Source of the DNA: Eledone cirrhosa
Taxonomy: Eukaryota
Direction: 5' to 3'
DNA length: 64,000 nt
Assembly (NCBI GenBank): GCA_964016885.1
Contig: OZ024742.1
Coordinates: 62,434,001 to 62,498,000 of the forward strand
This document shows, piece after piece, positions 24,020 through 37,299 of this stretch (position 1 is its first letter; each line of letters begins with the position of its first letter). The notes beneath the pieces are model-generated. The model worked only from the letters and a program-made list of their open reading frames with translations, made no database searches and was not told the DNA's origin. The position numbers and the translations under genes are program-made.

Positions 24020-25990
24020 GGATAGCATGAGGATAAAAGACATGAGGTGTTCAGGATCGCTAGACAGTGTGTCAGGGAACATTGTGATGTCAGTGGAGAG
24101 AAGTGTGTCAGAAATGATTTTGGCAAACTTGCCCTCATTGACACTGAAAAAGAGGTAGCAGGGAAGTGCCACTATGAAAGATTACTGAATGAGGAGAATG
24201 CATGGGATAAAGACAATCTGTCACATGTCGACCCAACAGAGTGACCAGCTGTACAAGTTAGTGGTGTAGCAGCATCATTGTAAACTGCTACAAGGGCAAA
24301 GGAGATTTCCTAGATAGAGAAAACTATAGAGGCATTAAGTTGGTTGACAAGGTTATGAAGGTCTCTGAAAGAGTCTTAGCTCAGCTGATTAGAGAACATA
24401 TTAACATAGATGAAATACAGTTTGGATTTGTCCCAGGTAAGAGTACCACAGATGCCCTCTTCCTTGTAAGACAACTGCAGGAGAAGCACCTAGCTAAGAG
24501 TAAGGCCCCTACCTGGCTTTTGTCGACCTTGAGAGTCACCCGTTCCATTATTTGGTGGGCTCTTAGAAAACTATGAGTTGACGAATGGCTTGTGGAGGCA
24601 ATTCAAGCAATGTATAGAAGAACAGCCAGTAAGGCTAGAATTAACAAAGACGATTGTGAAGAATTTAGCGTGCAGGTTGGTGTTCATCAGGGCTCTGTTC
24701 TTAACCTTCTTCTGTTTATAACCATTCAGCAGGCAATAACGGAGGAGTTTAAGACCGGCTGCCCATGGAAACCTCTGTGTGCTGATGACCTAATCTTTAT
24801 AGCTGAACTAAAGATTAAATTCCAAACATGGAAGCAAGGCCTAGAATCTACAGGTTTTAAAGTCAACCTGGCAAAGACTAAAGTCTTAGTAAGTAGAAGG
24901 GATAACAGGGCCCAGATCTCCTCCAGGAAATGGCCCTACTCAATGTGCATAAAAGAAGTAGGTAGAAATTCCATTCCAGGGACTAAATGCAAACAAAGGG
25001 TACACAAGAGATGTAGTGCGATCTCAGGCAGGCTAACAAAGAATGTAGGTTTTACTTGTGGCAGGTGCACAGGGGCAGTAAGTAGCAAAAACCCTCAGGA
25101 TACAACCATCTTCAAATACTCAGAGGGCTCGGTTGAAGTTGTAGATAGTTTCCATTACCTGGATGACCAAATCAGTAGTTGGGGAGGAAGTTCTGAAAGC
25201 ACCGGAACCAGAGTGAAATCAGGTTGGAGAAAATTCAGGGAGCTACTACCATTACTAACTACAAAAGGTTTTTCTTTCAAAATGAAAGGCAGACTGCATG
25301 ATGCATGTATACAAACAACAATGTTGCACCACAGCGAGACCAGGGTACATCAGTTGTTGCATGCAGAAGAGGGGACTATGTTGGTATGGACATGTGATGC
25401 ATATGAAGGATGACAGCTGAATAATAAAGTGCAGAGCGCTCAAACTCAATTGGTAGCCGTGATGTGGGCAATCATAAGAAGACTTGGGGATGAGGTAATA
25501 AAAGCTGACCTGGCACAATTACACCTCTCAAAGGAAATGACATAGGACCGCGACCTCTGGTGCTATGCAGTTTTACAGATAACCCGCCCTCTATTATTCT
25601 CAAGATGAGACTTATACCTAGTAGGCAACGCCTTCTTCAACCTTCTATCCCCTCTCATTCACCTCCCTTAGCAGTAACCATACCTCCCCTACTACCCTAT
25701 TCACATTTACCCCCAAGCTTCCTCCCCCTCCCTAATCCCAAGACATAAGTGCCCAGGCCCCACTGTAAAGTGGTCGTGTCGGTGACATGACAATGGTGCC
25801 CAGCCCACACTGTAAAGTGTTCGTGTAGGTGACATGGCAAAAAGCACCCAGCACACACTGTGAATGTGGTTGGTGGTAGGAAGGGCACCCAGCTGTAGAA
25901 ACTAAGTCAAAATCTGCCCCGGGTGAGCTAAACAATATTCAATCTGTCCTACTCATGAAGGGTGGACGCTAATCGATGAGGTTGATGATA
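24020..25990 (+). mobile_element. Decayed 5'-truncated RTE LINE (same family as 41.6-45.3 kb)
   Basis: NYRGIKL, QFGFVPGKSTTDA, GVHQGSVL, LCADDL, Cys-rich insert, FHYL; 3' UTR ending in (GAT)n-like sequence. Confidence 0.9.
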
Positions 25991-26049
25991 TATTTATGTA
26001 TGATATGTGTATGTATATTACATATATGTATATGTATGTATATGCACGC

Positions 26050-26151
<102 letters not shown>

Positions 26152-26196
26152 AATTGAAGACTAAAATCCAAAGAGGGCTCGCGTGACGATGGTCTT

Positions 26197-27273
26197 TTGA
26201 CCATGACTAAGTGCGGACCTCGTGCTTGCGACAGGTTCAGAAAAGAACTCACAGCCTTCTTTAAAGGCTTCAACCTCTCTATACAGGTTGAGGCCAATCT
26301 CTCGGTCGTTAATTACCTCGACGTTACCCTCAATTTAGTGAATGGGTTGTATTACCCGTATAGAAAGCCGAATGATACGCTTAATTACATAAGTAAGCAT
26401 TCCAACCATCCTGCCAGCATAACCAAGAACCTGGTAAGAAACGTTTCGTTGAGGCTTTCCCGTCTTTCCACCAACGAGCGCATTTTCAACGACCATTCCA
26501 CTTATTACAATGAAGCTCTTGATCGAAGTGGATTTGTCGATAAGGTAGCATATACAGAGTATGAAAATAGACCTAGAAGAAATAGATCCCGTCGCATTTG
26601 TTGGTTTAACCCACCATATAATATGGAGGTGGCCACACCATTAGCTAAGATCTTTCTTTCCCTTATTACGAAGCATTTTCCCCCTACACATAAATATAGT
26701 AAAATTTTTAATAGAAATACTATTAAAATGTCTTACTCTACGACTCCTAACCTTGCACATAACATCACAGCTTCAAATTTAACTAAACTACCTAGCCGTA
26801 GGAACACGTGCAACCCTGTAGTTAGTACCAACTGTAATTGTAGGAATCGGGCTGATTGCCCCCTATCCGGGAAATGCCTCTCTAGTAACATTGTCTACAA
26901 ATGTAAGATTGTAACACCCACGTCCCGTAGGGCCTACATAGGGTTAACCGCTAATAGTTTCAAGCAGCGTCTTTACATGCATACCCATTCTTTTCGTTAC
27001 CCTCTAAGAAGGAATATGACGTCACTTTCAGCTTATATCTGGAGTCTAAAAGACAACCACACCCAATATAAGTTACACTGGGAGATCCTAGCTAGGACTA
27101 GATCGTATAACGGAAATAAAAGACCATGTGACCTCTGCGCCGCTGAGGCCCTGGAAATACTCTACGCCACAGACCACATCTTAAACAAAAAATCTGAGGC
27201 AATTTCGTCTTGTAAACATAAATTGCACAAAACTTTCCTGTATTACAGCCCCACGTTATACCCTAACGGATAG
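26197..27273 (+). CDS. PLE RT C-terminal part/thumb plus GIY-YIG endonuclease (partial ORF)
   Basis: VNYLDVTLNL, YYPYRKPN, SNHP, WFNPPY, CNCRNRADCPLSGKCL, NIVYKC..YIGLT..FKQRLYMH, CDLCAAE, LNKKSE. Confidence 0.9.
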   Translation: MTMTKCGPRACDRFRKELTAFFKGFNLSIQVEANLSVVNYLDVTLNLVNGLYYPYRKPNDTLNYISKHSNHPASITKNLVRNVSLRLSRLSTNERIFNDHSTYYNEALDRSGFVDKVAYTEYENRPRRNRSRRICWFNPPYNMEVATPLAKIFLSLITKHFPPTHKYSKIFNRNTIKMSYSTTPNLAHNITASNLTKLPSRRNTCNPVVSTNCNCRNRADCPLSGKCLSSNIVYKCKIVTPTSRRAYIGLTANSFKQRLYMHTHSFRYPLRRNMTSLSAYIWSLKDNHTQYKLHWEILARTRSYNGNKRPCDLCAAEALEILYATDHILNKKSEAISSCKHKLHKTFLYYSPTLYPNG

Positions 27274-28203
27274 CACGATCTATACGTGGATATTTTACGT
27301 CTTGATGTGGGAGCTAAGTATATGTTTTGTTTATTCCTTTACTTATTTGCATAGGTAAGTATATATTACCCATATGTTTTGTGAAGGTATGTATACCTTC
27401 TCGTACGTATATTTGACTGTTATGGCGTATCATTTTTACATATTCTGGTATTTAGGGTTTCGCTATGTGTATACGGGAGTTTTGCGTCCGAGCGAGTATG
27501 CAGGTTCGTACGTATGGTGGGTGTGTGTATATGTGTACTTCTTGTTTTAGTTGACTTACGTCTCCGAACATTCGTGTATTTATATGTAGGTATGTGTGTG
27601 CGCTTGTTATATACGTATTTATTTACTTATATACGTTTATATAATTATTTATTTATTTGTACACAAGCATACACACACACACATATATTTATATGTGCGT
27701 GGTTTTGTATACCTATGGTAAGGTTTTGCGTATGCTTGTGTATGTACGTATCTGTTTGCGTGTATGTATTTATTTGTTTCTATTACTTCTGTATTGTATT
27801 TATTTACTTTGTTCTTAACTCTGTAGCGGAGATTCATTTGGTCTCCTAGTTAGAATTTTAGTCTACGACTTCTGCTATACCATTTACGTGGTTTTGTCTT
27901 TGCGTGCTTTTGTTCTCCACGCTCCACATATGACTTATTATCTTCGTTTTTTCGTTCATTGCCAGAGAACGTCTCTATGCACCACCTAAGAGAACATTAG
28001 TCTACGACCTCTTTTATACCATAAACGTGGTTTTGTCTTTGCGCGTAATTGTTTTTCACCGCTCCTATTAATGACGTATTATTCGTTTTTTCCCGTTCTT
28101 TGCCAGCGAACGTTACCACGAACCAAAGTATCGTCTTCCTGTCTTCCTCCGGTTGCAATGTTTTTTGAAATATCCAGTTCTGCGTTTACAGATTGACTTT
28201 GTT

Positions 28204-28254
28204 AGTTTCAGAAGATCCCGTTAAGGGTGAAAGCAGCGATTCTTTGCTTAAACT
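28204..28254 (+). ncRNA. Atypical hammerhead-like motif (CAGAAGA core) at the PLE 3' end
   Basis: agttt-CAGAAGA-tcccgttaagggt-GAAA-gca..tgc-TT-aaact: all three stems can form. A second copy lies at 47454-47504 (-). Confidence 0.5.
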
Positions 28255-28270
28255 TTAATCTGTTATTTTA

Positions 28271-28364
<94 letters not shown>

Positions 28365-28424
28365 ATCATTATCAGGATATGTGCATGTATATATATATAT
28401 GTATATTATACTGGTACCACAAAA

Positions 28425-28696
28425 CATTCAGCCCACACTGTAAAGTGATTGTGTAGGTGTCACAACAAGCACCCAGCCAACACTATAAAGTGGACATGTA
28501 AAAGACACGCCAAAAAGCACCTAGCACACGCTGTCAATGTGGTTGGCATTAGGAAGGGCATCCAGCCGTAGGAAATCAGCCAGAAACTCTCTTATATGAG
28601 CAAGATATGGTCTCCTGACTCAACTGGTCTCTGAATGGGACAAACTCATCTAACCCATGCTAGCATGGCAGATAGACATTAATCGATGATGATGAT
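28425..28696 (+). mobile_element. RTE 3' UTR fragment
   Basis: cacactgtaaagtg repeats, ggttggcattaggaagggcatccagccgtag, aacccatgctagc and a (GAT)n tail, as in 45000-45258. Confidence 0.75.
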
Positions 28697-28800
28697 ATAT
28701 ATATATATATGGGAGGGAACATGTGTGTGTGTTATTCATTTGCTTTATATGCATACACATTTGTGTGCAATGTATCATGAGCTATTTAAAATAGACATAC

Positions 28801-28958
28801 TTGTAACCAATAGAGAACTTATCAAAGCCAGCATTAAAATCTTTCCATGGGAAATGTAGAACTCTTTCTTTTTTAAACCAGTTCACATTGTCTGAACCTG
28901 TTCCATTGAAGGTAATTGTCACAACCTCAGTTTTGTTTTTTTCAAGAACCACTTTTAC
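28801..28958 (-). CDS. Host gene coding exon 3 (VKVVLEKNKTEVVTITFNGTGSDNVNWFKKERVLHFPWKDFNAGFDKFSIGY)
   Basis: tttatttcag acceptor, gtatgt donor, open frame; the phase-0 start matches the previous exon. Confidence 0.85.
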
Positions 28959-29169
28959 CTGAAATAAACAATCCCAACAATCAGTGATGTGAGAATAACA
29001 TTAACAGTTATATCAAGTCTGATATATCAACATGTATAAACATTTATATATAACAAACAAACAAGAAAGCTTCTCAAGACAACAAATAGACCATTGTGTA
29101 GTGACTTGATCTGCTAAAATTAGAGCCCCAATTCCCCTCATATCACACCCTACCTTATTAAAATAGAAT

Positions 29170-29635
29170 CAACACGATATATAATGTAGTTCTAGATACT
29201 TAATATCTGAATGTAGAAACACTACATAATGTAATTCTAGATATAATATGTCTGAATGAAGGTTATTGTGGTTTGTCAGAAATATATATTTGGTAGTGTA
29301 GCCCTAGATACATTATGTTTGACACATTAAGTATGAAGACTCATTAGGTAATGTAGTCTTAGATATATTATTTCTGAATGAAGACACATTAGATAATATA
29401 ATTCTAGATACTTAATGTTTGGTTGTAGAAACACTACATAATTTAATTCTAGACATATTATGTCTGAACGAAGACACACTAGTTATTGTGGTTTGAGATA
29501 TATTGTGCCTGAAATATATATTTGAGAGTGTATTCCTAGATACATAATGTCTAAATGAAGACACAGTAGATAATGTAGTCTTAGATACATTGCCTGAATA
29601 AAGATATTAAATAATATAGATCTTGATATATTGCA
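29170..29635. repeat. Diverged ~40-45-bp minisatellite (acacattagataatgtagtcctagatacattatgtctgaatgaag-like)
   Basis: Recurrent tagata..ttatgtctgaatgaagacac units. Confidence 0.75.
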
Positions 29636-30199
29636 CACCTTTTCATTGATTGATTTTTTCTCAGATGATTTTTTTTACAAGTAGAATAATTTATTAAAAA
29701 AATAATTTTGTATAATAATTTTAACAGAATAATTTTAGAATTAAATCTAAATTTGTTTTTTCATCAGAAACTTATTTTTAAAAAATAAACATAAAAATTT
29801 GTTTACCTGTATTAATTTCTTAAGTTAAACACTACAGATAGCAGATCAATAATTATTTAATCATTAAAGTTATAATAAATACAATTTTGTTTAGTTACTT
29901 CTTTGATGCATCATAGTGCCTCATTTATGGTTTGTGGGTATCAATATCACTTGTTTGTTATTCATTAACTACTTTATTTAAAACGTGAATAAATTTATGG
30001 AATGTTGGGTGATAAAAACTAACTTAAAAAATGCTTTTGGTTTTAAATTAAATATTAATCTTATTTGAAAATTATAATATATTTAAAATTGCTCTATGGT
30101 TAAAAGTCTTTTACAGAATAATTTTGGTTTCTATATGAAGATGATATGATATAAACAGTTGAGAGAAATATTTAGGGTTTGTGTAACAAGGAAACTTAA

Positions 30200-30420
30200 C
30201 CCTTTAGCATTCACATTATTCTATATATACTATTATATTTTTGTAGTAAACACTTTATCTTACATAATTATCGCACATAATATCGAATCTATGAGATTTT
30301 GATGTTATTTATTTTGAGAACAATACCTTAATATCAGTATAAGCAGCCAGTTTCAACCGTTTTGAACAGAAAGAGGTGAGACATTTCTAGCCGGATATGG
30401 TCGGTTTGAATGCTAAAGGG
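30200..30420. mobile_element. piggyBac-type MITE
   Basis: TIRs ccctttagcattca / tgaatgctaaaggg with TTAA on both sides. Confidence 0.85.
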
Positions 30421-30499
30421 TTAATGATTAGTACACAATAGAGGTGTGGTGTATAAATAAAAAATTCAACTAAAATGATGCATATTCTAGCATTCACTT

Positions 30500-31640
30500 G
30501 AAATGAGGCTGCTTATCACACCTTCTGAGTAACAAAAATATTGTTCTCCATTAAGGATGCAAAAAACATGGATGAGATTATGCTGAGGAAGGGTACATTG
30601 TTTGTTCACAGGAAGCTGGAAACACCAAAATTCTTTGTGGATAATCTGAAAATGTATGTCAAGAGTATAAATTGTATAAAGAAATACTTTGACGAGATTA
30701 CAACATTCTTCAAAGATATATGGATGGAGTTTGAACAGGATAAATGTTCTTATATGACTGTAAAATGTGGGCAGCCAGAAGCCAGTCAAGCAACATCTCT
30801 ATAAATGGCCTGGCTGTTTTGCTGGTATCTGATGAGGAATGCTACAAATACTGAGGGGTTGATGAAAATATATCCTATGAAGGAATTTGGAACAAGAAAA
30901 AGTAATCAAGGAACATACCACATGGATAAGTAACATATGGTCATCAGAACCCTCTGTGTCAAATAATGCAGTAGCCCACATTATTTTTGCGGCACATATA
31001 CAAATACTTACGTTTAAACTACTTGATCCGACATTAGGTGAGATATGAACCATATTAAAACCCAAATAACCTAACCAGCACTAGAAATTTCCACATGAAG
31101 AGTGATATAGACAGTCTCTACCTAAAACGTAATTAGAGAAATAGAGGATTAATATCAATGAAAAATACTAAGGAAATACCTGATACACAAAAGGGATAGA
31201 GCTGCAAGTAAAAGACTTAGATGCAACAACAGTTGTGAATTCTGTGGAATGAACCACTAATATGTCACTTAGATCATAAGCAGCTGTTTGAAAATGTCAT
31301 CATGGCACTATTTAAATATGAGGCTGATGTAGCATTCAAAGCACTATGTAATGCTATCTGTTGAAAGGATACAGCAATGTGGAGTGCATACTCTCAGATA
31401 ATATGAAAGTGTACTGGTGGAATGATGCTATCAAAACCCCAGTAAAATGTAAATAACAGAACTACATCATAAACAGCTGTTCAAAGATGTAATAATGGTT
31501 ATGATCTATCTATGAGGCCTGATGTAGTGGTCAAAACACTATAGAATGCAATCTGGAGAAAAGACAGTTCTGAAGATAAAAATATCAAAAGGTATATGGT
31601 TGTGGAGAGCATACTCAAAGAGAACTGGTGAAATGTTCTT
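30500..31640 (+). mobile_element. Heavily decayed R4/Dong-like LINE fragment
   Basis: FFVDNLKMY..FFKDIWMEFEQDKC, YKY-like, DIDSLYLKR, HHKQLFK and YWWND remnants. Confidence 0.6.
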
Positions 31641-31661
31641 ATCAAAATCCTATTAAATATA

Positions 31662-31995
31662 GGCATATGGATTAGTGGTTAGAGCATTGGGCTTGCAATC
31701 GAAAGGTTGTGAATTCGATTCTCAGACCGAGTGATGTGTTGTGTCCTTGAGCAAGACACTTTATTTCAAGTTGATCCAGTTTACTTAGCTGTAGAAACGA
31801 GTTGCGATGTCACTGGTCCTAAACTGTATTGGCCCTAGCCTTCCCCTTGGACATCATTGGTGGCATGGAGAGGGGCGGCGGGTATGCATGGGCGACTGCT
31901 GGTCTTCCTCAAACAGCCTTGCTCAGACTTGTGCCTTGGGGGGAAACTTTCTAAGTGCAAATCACATGGTCACTTGTGACTGAAGGCGGTCTTCG
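31662..31995 (+). mobile_element. tRNA-derived SINE (second family, CORE-like)
   Basis: A-box tagtggttagagc, B-box-like gaattcgattc, and the gtgtccttgagcaagacactt CORE-like motif. Confidence 0.7.
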
Positions 31996-32230
31996 AATTG
32001 AGTACATATAGACATAACAGAACAGACAGATCCACACATGCAATGACATCCGTATTCTCACAGATGCAAACAGGCTTCATTACCTAATGGATGTGTAAAT
32101 TCCAAGGAAAGGCCTTGTTTCTATATATAATTCAAAATATACAGAGTCATATATGCAATGACATCCTTATAAACAGACATATACTACATAATTGCATAGT
32201 TGGTGTTGTCTACACAATGGGTTACAAGCC

Positions 32231-32296
<66 letters not shown>

Positions 32297-32373
32297 AGGT
32301 GAGAAACTCATGAAAATATAACCAGAAGAACATATATATACATTAAAGAACATCAATAAATAAAATATCTTAC

Positions 32374-32543
32374 ATTTTCGACTGATATATTTTTCCAAGA
32401 ATTTATAAAAGAATCTCGGTAGGCTTCAGAACAAATTGTCTTCTTACAATAATTCATATGAGAATCACTGTAACGTCCTCTATAAAAATGCAATGGTCCT
32501 AGCTGGCTGTTCTTTGGTAACACATAGATCTTATGCCATTTAC
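32374..32543 (-). CDS. Host gene coding exon 2 (GKWHKIYVLPKNSQLGPLHFYRGRYSDSHMNYCKKTICSEAYRDSFINSWKNISVEN)
   Basis: catctttag acceptor, gtaaga donor, 170 nt open; phase 1 in and phase 0 out, compatible with both neighbours. Confidence 0.85.
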
Positions 32544-34292
32544 CTAAAGATGAACAATTTTATTTTTATTTGAATAATACTTAGGAATCTTAAATGAATC
32601 TTAAAGAGAGAAAGATAGTAATTATAGGTAATGTTCCTGTCAACCAATGTTTCAATTTTCAGTTATAAGTCATTTCACTTCACAATTTACAAATATTGTT
32701 GTTTAGGTCATCACTTATCAAATAGATTTATTATAGTAGGGTATCATTTCATGTATATTTGACTATTACTTCTAGTATGGTGACTCACAAAAGAGGAGCT
32801 ACCACATTGTCTTTTGTGTTGTATGAAATGATAGCCTTGACACCATACTGGAGGTAGATTAGAACCTATGACAATGTAATATATGTGGTTTCTACTGGGG
32901 GGTTGGTATTAGCAATACCATCACTTTTCTAGGTGTCTTTAAAGACAACACAAAGAGCCTCTGTGGTTGTATTTAACCATAACTTATACTTGATATATCA
33001 CCTGTTCTGTGGTTCAATCAATCAAATTATATAACTGGTGCTTGGCAGTGTCCATCCCAACACTAGGCATCGAATCCCTCATTAAGTTTAGTCTGCCAGC
33101 AGAAGCATTTATCTGGAAGTGACAAAAGTAAGAGTCACATGAGAACTAGTGTACTTGTTAATCCCAAAGAATGCTACTACCAAACATCAACATATTCTCC
33201 TGTCCCAAACTCCTTGGTTTTGAGAAAATGTTCTTTCAAAACCTGAGTAATGTTATGTCTCATTTTGATGCAATATCATTTCTTCTAATCATTTCACTCT
33301 ATTTTCAGAGTAACATTAGATGCTATGTCCCCTATTAAAATAACATTTCTTTAATAATATTTGTTATTCCTAGAATCCTAATTTAGGTTTATGTGGGTGT
33401 TATATATGATAAAGAAGACCACATGTATAGTTGAGTGGTTATGAAACTTGCTTTGCAATCCTGAGATCCCTGGTTTAATCCCATCATGTGATACCATATG
33501 CAAATATATTGATCATATCCTTAAATTGACTCAAGAATAGTGAGTGAAATTAGGTAGATGGAAACTTTATGGAAGCCCATTGGATGTATTGCATTTCTTC
33601 ATAAATAATGTTTCTTCAAATCTTGAATAACGATACATCATCATCATCTTTGTCAACTTTATCAGATCTGTTTTTCCACACTTGCATGGATTGGATGGAT
33701 CGTTTTCAGCACAGCATTTCTCCACTTGTCACATTTCTTCATCACTCCTCTGTGAGTTTCAGTGATTTGAGATCAACTCTCACCATCTCTGCCCAGGTCT
33801 TCCTCCATTGTGGCTTCCTTCTGCTTGGATTTTCTGCATCACATGTTCATACCAACGCCGTCTTGCACACTACTTCTGATATATCTTAAACCCAGTTTTC
33901 TCTCAGTTGCACCAGCAGATGTCAAATCTGTGTAATGTTTCTAATATTCTTTTTTTTTTCTCTTTTACTGTTTTGGTTTGGAAGAAGGGCCAATGTCCAT
34001 CGCCTTGGAAGGCTCTCATAATCTGATAAGACTGACATTATTCTTGAACAACTACAGTCTACAATAAATTAAATTTAACATCAACAGTGAATGAATCTCT
34101 AATAAAATATAGAACTCAATTGTTGTTCAAAAGTTATTGATTAGGGTGTACTCAGATAATTGAACTAGACAAACTGAATTGATAGCAATTACTGTAAATG
34201 AACTTTGGTAATCAGTCAATAATCCCACATTACTATTAATTTATTCACCAGTGATCTTGAAGTAGAAAAGTTTGTGAAATAATTTTACTTAC

Positions 34293-34626
34293 CATGTACT
34301 GTATAATAACTCTGGTGTATTGTTGATGGTATCACAGCAATACTGTCTTGCCAGGCATGAAATATCTCACAGCTTTTATTATAGTGAGTAAAATAACTAC
34401 AATAGGACATACTAATGCAATGAAAAGCACATTTAGTTATGATGTTAGTAAATATCACAGGGTATGTTTTTGTCAGTTCATCGGTATGTATAATAGCTTT
34501 TCCTTTCATTTGACGAAAAAGAAAACCAGTGTTGGTATTAAAATTAGAAGAATGTGATATATGCAGAGTGAAAAAGTGGAATATCAATAAAATCATTACA
34601 TGTTGCCAATATTTCCTCGACATCAT
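34293..34626 (-). CDS. Host gene first coding exon: signal peptide plus PAN/Apple-like domain
   Basis: ATG at 34626 just after a ttttcag acceptor; hydrophobic N-terminus; CAFHCISMSYCSYF..NKSC Cys pattern; G|gtaagt phase-1 donor. Confidence 0.8.
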
Positions 34627-35595
34627 TTTATCTGAAAAGAAGATTTTTCACTTTGTTTAGACATAGAGCCACAATATTTTATGGATGTATGATATTGTCA
34701 ATCAAATCAATTCTAATGTATTGTTAACATTAATTGTATCCAACCACAAGTGATGTAAAACTAATTTGACTATGGTGGGAATTTAACTCTGTAGAGAGAT
34801 ATGACTAAATACTATAATACATTTATTTCTGTACACAGTACAGGAGTAAGTGTCATTAATTATTGGTTCATTAGGATTTCACTGACAAAATTTATCATTA
34901 GTACTACTGAACTGACCAATCAGTAAAAGGTTATAATATTATAAAGAAAATGAACTTGACGAAGATGTCACAAATGTAAATATCATTAGCATGAAGCTTG
35001 TGAAATGTTTTTATTTCCTTTCACCAATATTGTTTGTCTTCAGACTCGAAATAATCACAATATAAAATATTTCTTTTCTAAATATAAATATATATATATA
35101 TATATATCCTCTAAACAGCATAGCTATCTAATTATTTTTTTGTTGTGATATAACGGAAATAGCAATGTTTCATTTTCTTCTTGAATGCAGATACACATTA
35201 TTATTTATGCTTTAAATAATTTTTTATTTAACATCTTATAAATAAACATGTAAAAATCATAAACATATAGAAATCAAAAGAAATCCAAGAAATATATTTG
35301 AAATTTACAAATGATTATATGCTGAATTTGTTTTTTTTATTCTATTGTGAAAGTTCAATAATGGTGAATTTATATTGACTGTAATGATTAACATTGAATT
35401 CCATTTGATCAGCTATTAGAACTTCCTCTAAATGAATAAATGATTTATAATGTGAACCAAAAGAAAATGTATTAGTGTACTTAAAAATGGCACCACACAA
35501 ATACACGTTTCTCATGATCAAACACAATTCCAGTATCAAACTTTGATTGTAAAAATATATTTGAAACTGTTTTTATCTGTGGCAATATTACAAAT

Positions 35596-35703
35596 AATTG
35601 TTTCTACGTTAGGCACAAGGCCAGCAATTAGCCAGTGTATTACTGGTACTTTATTTTATCAACCCCGTAAGGATGAAAGGCAAAGTTAACCTCGGCGGGA
35701 TTA
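35596..35703 (-). mobile_element. 5'-truncated SINE (12.1 kb family)
   Basis: CORE-like body; ttacaaataat duplicated at both flanks. Confidence 0.85.
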
Positions 35704-37299
35704 CAAATAATAAAGCTAAAATCAGCTACATAATCGTATGTCATATTTATTTATAACTGGATTCCATAAATATATCTGATGCACTGATTCATTAAACACA
35801 GTACCTCACCCTCATTATTTATTGAAAAGACATTTTAATCAGCCATTCCATAAAGGGGTTAAAGAAATATGATTACATTACAGCATATATTCTATCTAAT
35901 TACAATGTCTTTTAATTAAAAATCTGAACTAATATTTCTCCAGCAGTATAATACCAAATTCATATCAGGGAGACTTAAAACATTAAATAACTAATGTTTC
36001 AGATGAATCTCTTGTTTCTCCATTTCTCAACACTAACCGGGGAACCCGATATAAAATCTTCAGAGACAGAGAGTGACAAAACAAAAACCAAAATGTAGAG
36101 AAACAGAGTTAGATAAGAGAAGAGGTATAACTACGTACCATAAACTGTTTGTATCTTCAGGGAAGAATTAACCATGTCTGTACAGCTTTGTCTAAGTAGC
36201 TAGTTTATTACTATCGAATCAGATAGTCTATTTCAAACAACAGAACATACAAGATTAGCATGATGTTTCACTAGAAACCTACTGTTTCTAACAACATTGT
36301 ACTGGTATTGATTAAGTAATACGAAATAAAAGACATATAAAATTTATGTGCTATCAAAATAATGAGTAATGGACACCTAGTATTTTATTATTGATGCTGA
36401 TATCAAGTGATCTCTATTGTATATTTTTTTCTGAATTTTGTTTTAATTGTTTGATACAAACACTCTTTTGCTGAATCCATTTCAATTTAATTGTTATTAA
36501 CACCAAAGTAAATTATTAGATCAATAGTTTGTCTATTTGGTTTATGGTGAGCATTGTAGATAAAAAGGTGAACTCTCATGTATAGAAGCTGTAATGTGAT
36601 TTCAATTCTCAGTTTAAAAAATTTCAACTCATTTACATGACTCCCTATCTCAGCACAGGAAGCATTAGGAACAAGATCATTACACAAACACCATCATCAA
36701 AAACAGAAATAGAGATTGCTTCTTCCAATAGTTTATGCCAATATTGTCTCCATCGATACCACAAAGACACAATCACTACACATATAGTAAAACACATAAT
36801 GCACCTCACAATTGCCCAAGAACATAAGCAGCATACAAATAGAACCTTTAAGCTCATTACAAATGCTATGTCCGATTATCACAGAGTATCGCATTTATCA
36901 AATGTACATCCTTAACCCTTTTTATATCAGCCTGGCCAAAACCAGCTCTGGTTCTGTGAAACAAAAATCACCCATTTTAAAGAATTCTTATTTGGTATTT
37001 GTTCTAGCTTTTTTTTTATTCTGAGTTCAAATCTCACCAAAGTCAACTTTGCCTTTCATCCCTCTGGAGTTGATTAAATAAAGTACAAGTCAAGTACTGG
37101 GGCTGTTTTAATCACCTCTCTCCTTCCCACATTTGCTGGCCTTGTGCCAAAATCAGAAAGGAATTTTGAATCACCTTAACCTACATACTAACCTGTACAT
37201 CCAGTCCTTTATTCCCAGACTGACTGCTCTTTGTAGTTCTTTCATGGCACATGTACTGTTTCTGCAACCATCAAGAAGATTAACATTAACCAGACCAAT

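Larger units (their letters stand above)
26160..28272 (+). mobile_element. 5'-truncated Penelope-like element with CxCx5C linker and non-CCHH GIY-YIG (Hydra-like), inserted in (TA)n
   Basis: Uninterrupted ORF, GT-rich 3' UTR with a ~139-bp tandem duplication (27858 and 27997), a terminal HHR-like motif, and (TA)n on both sides. Confidence 0.9.

Noticed and set aside
36487-37024. Short hydrophobic ORFs as membrane-protein genes
   Set aside because: No motif, splice support or homology that I can recognise.
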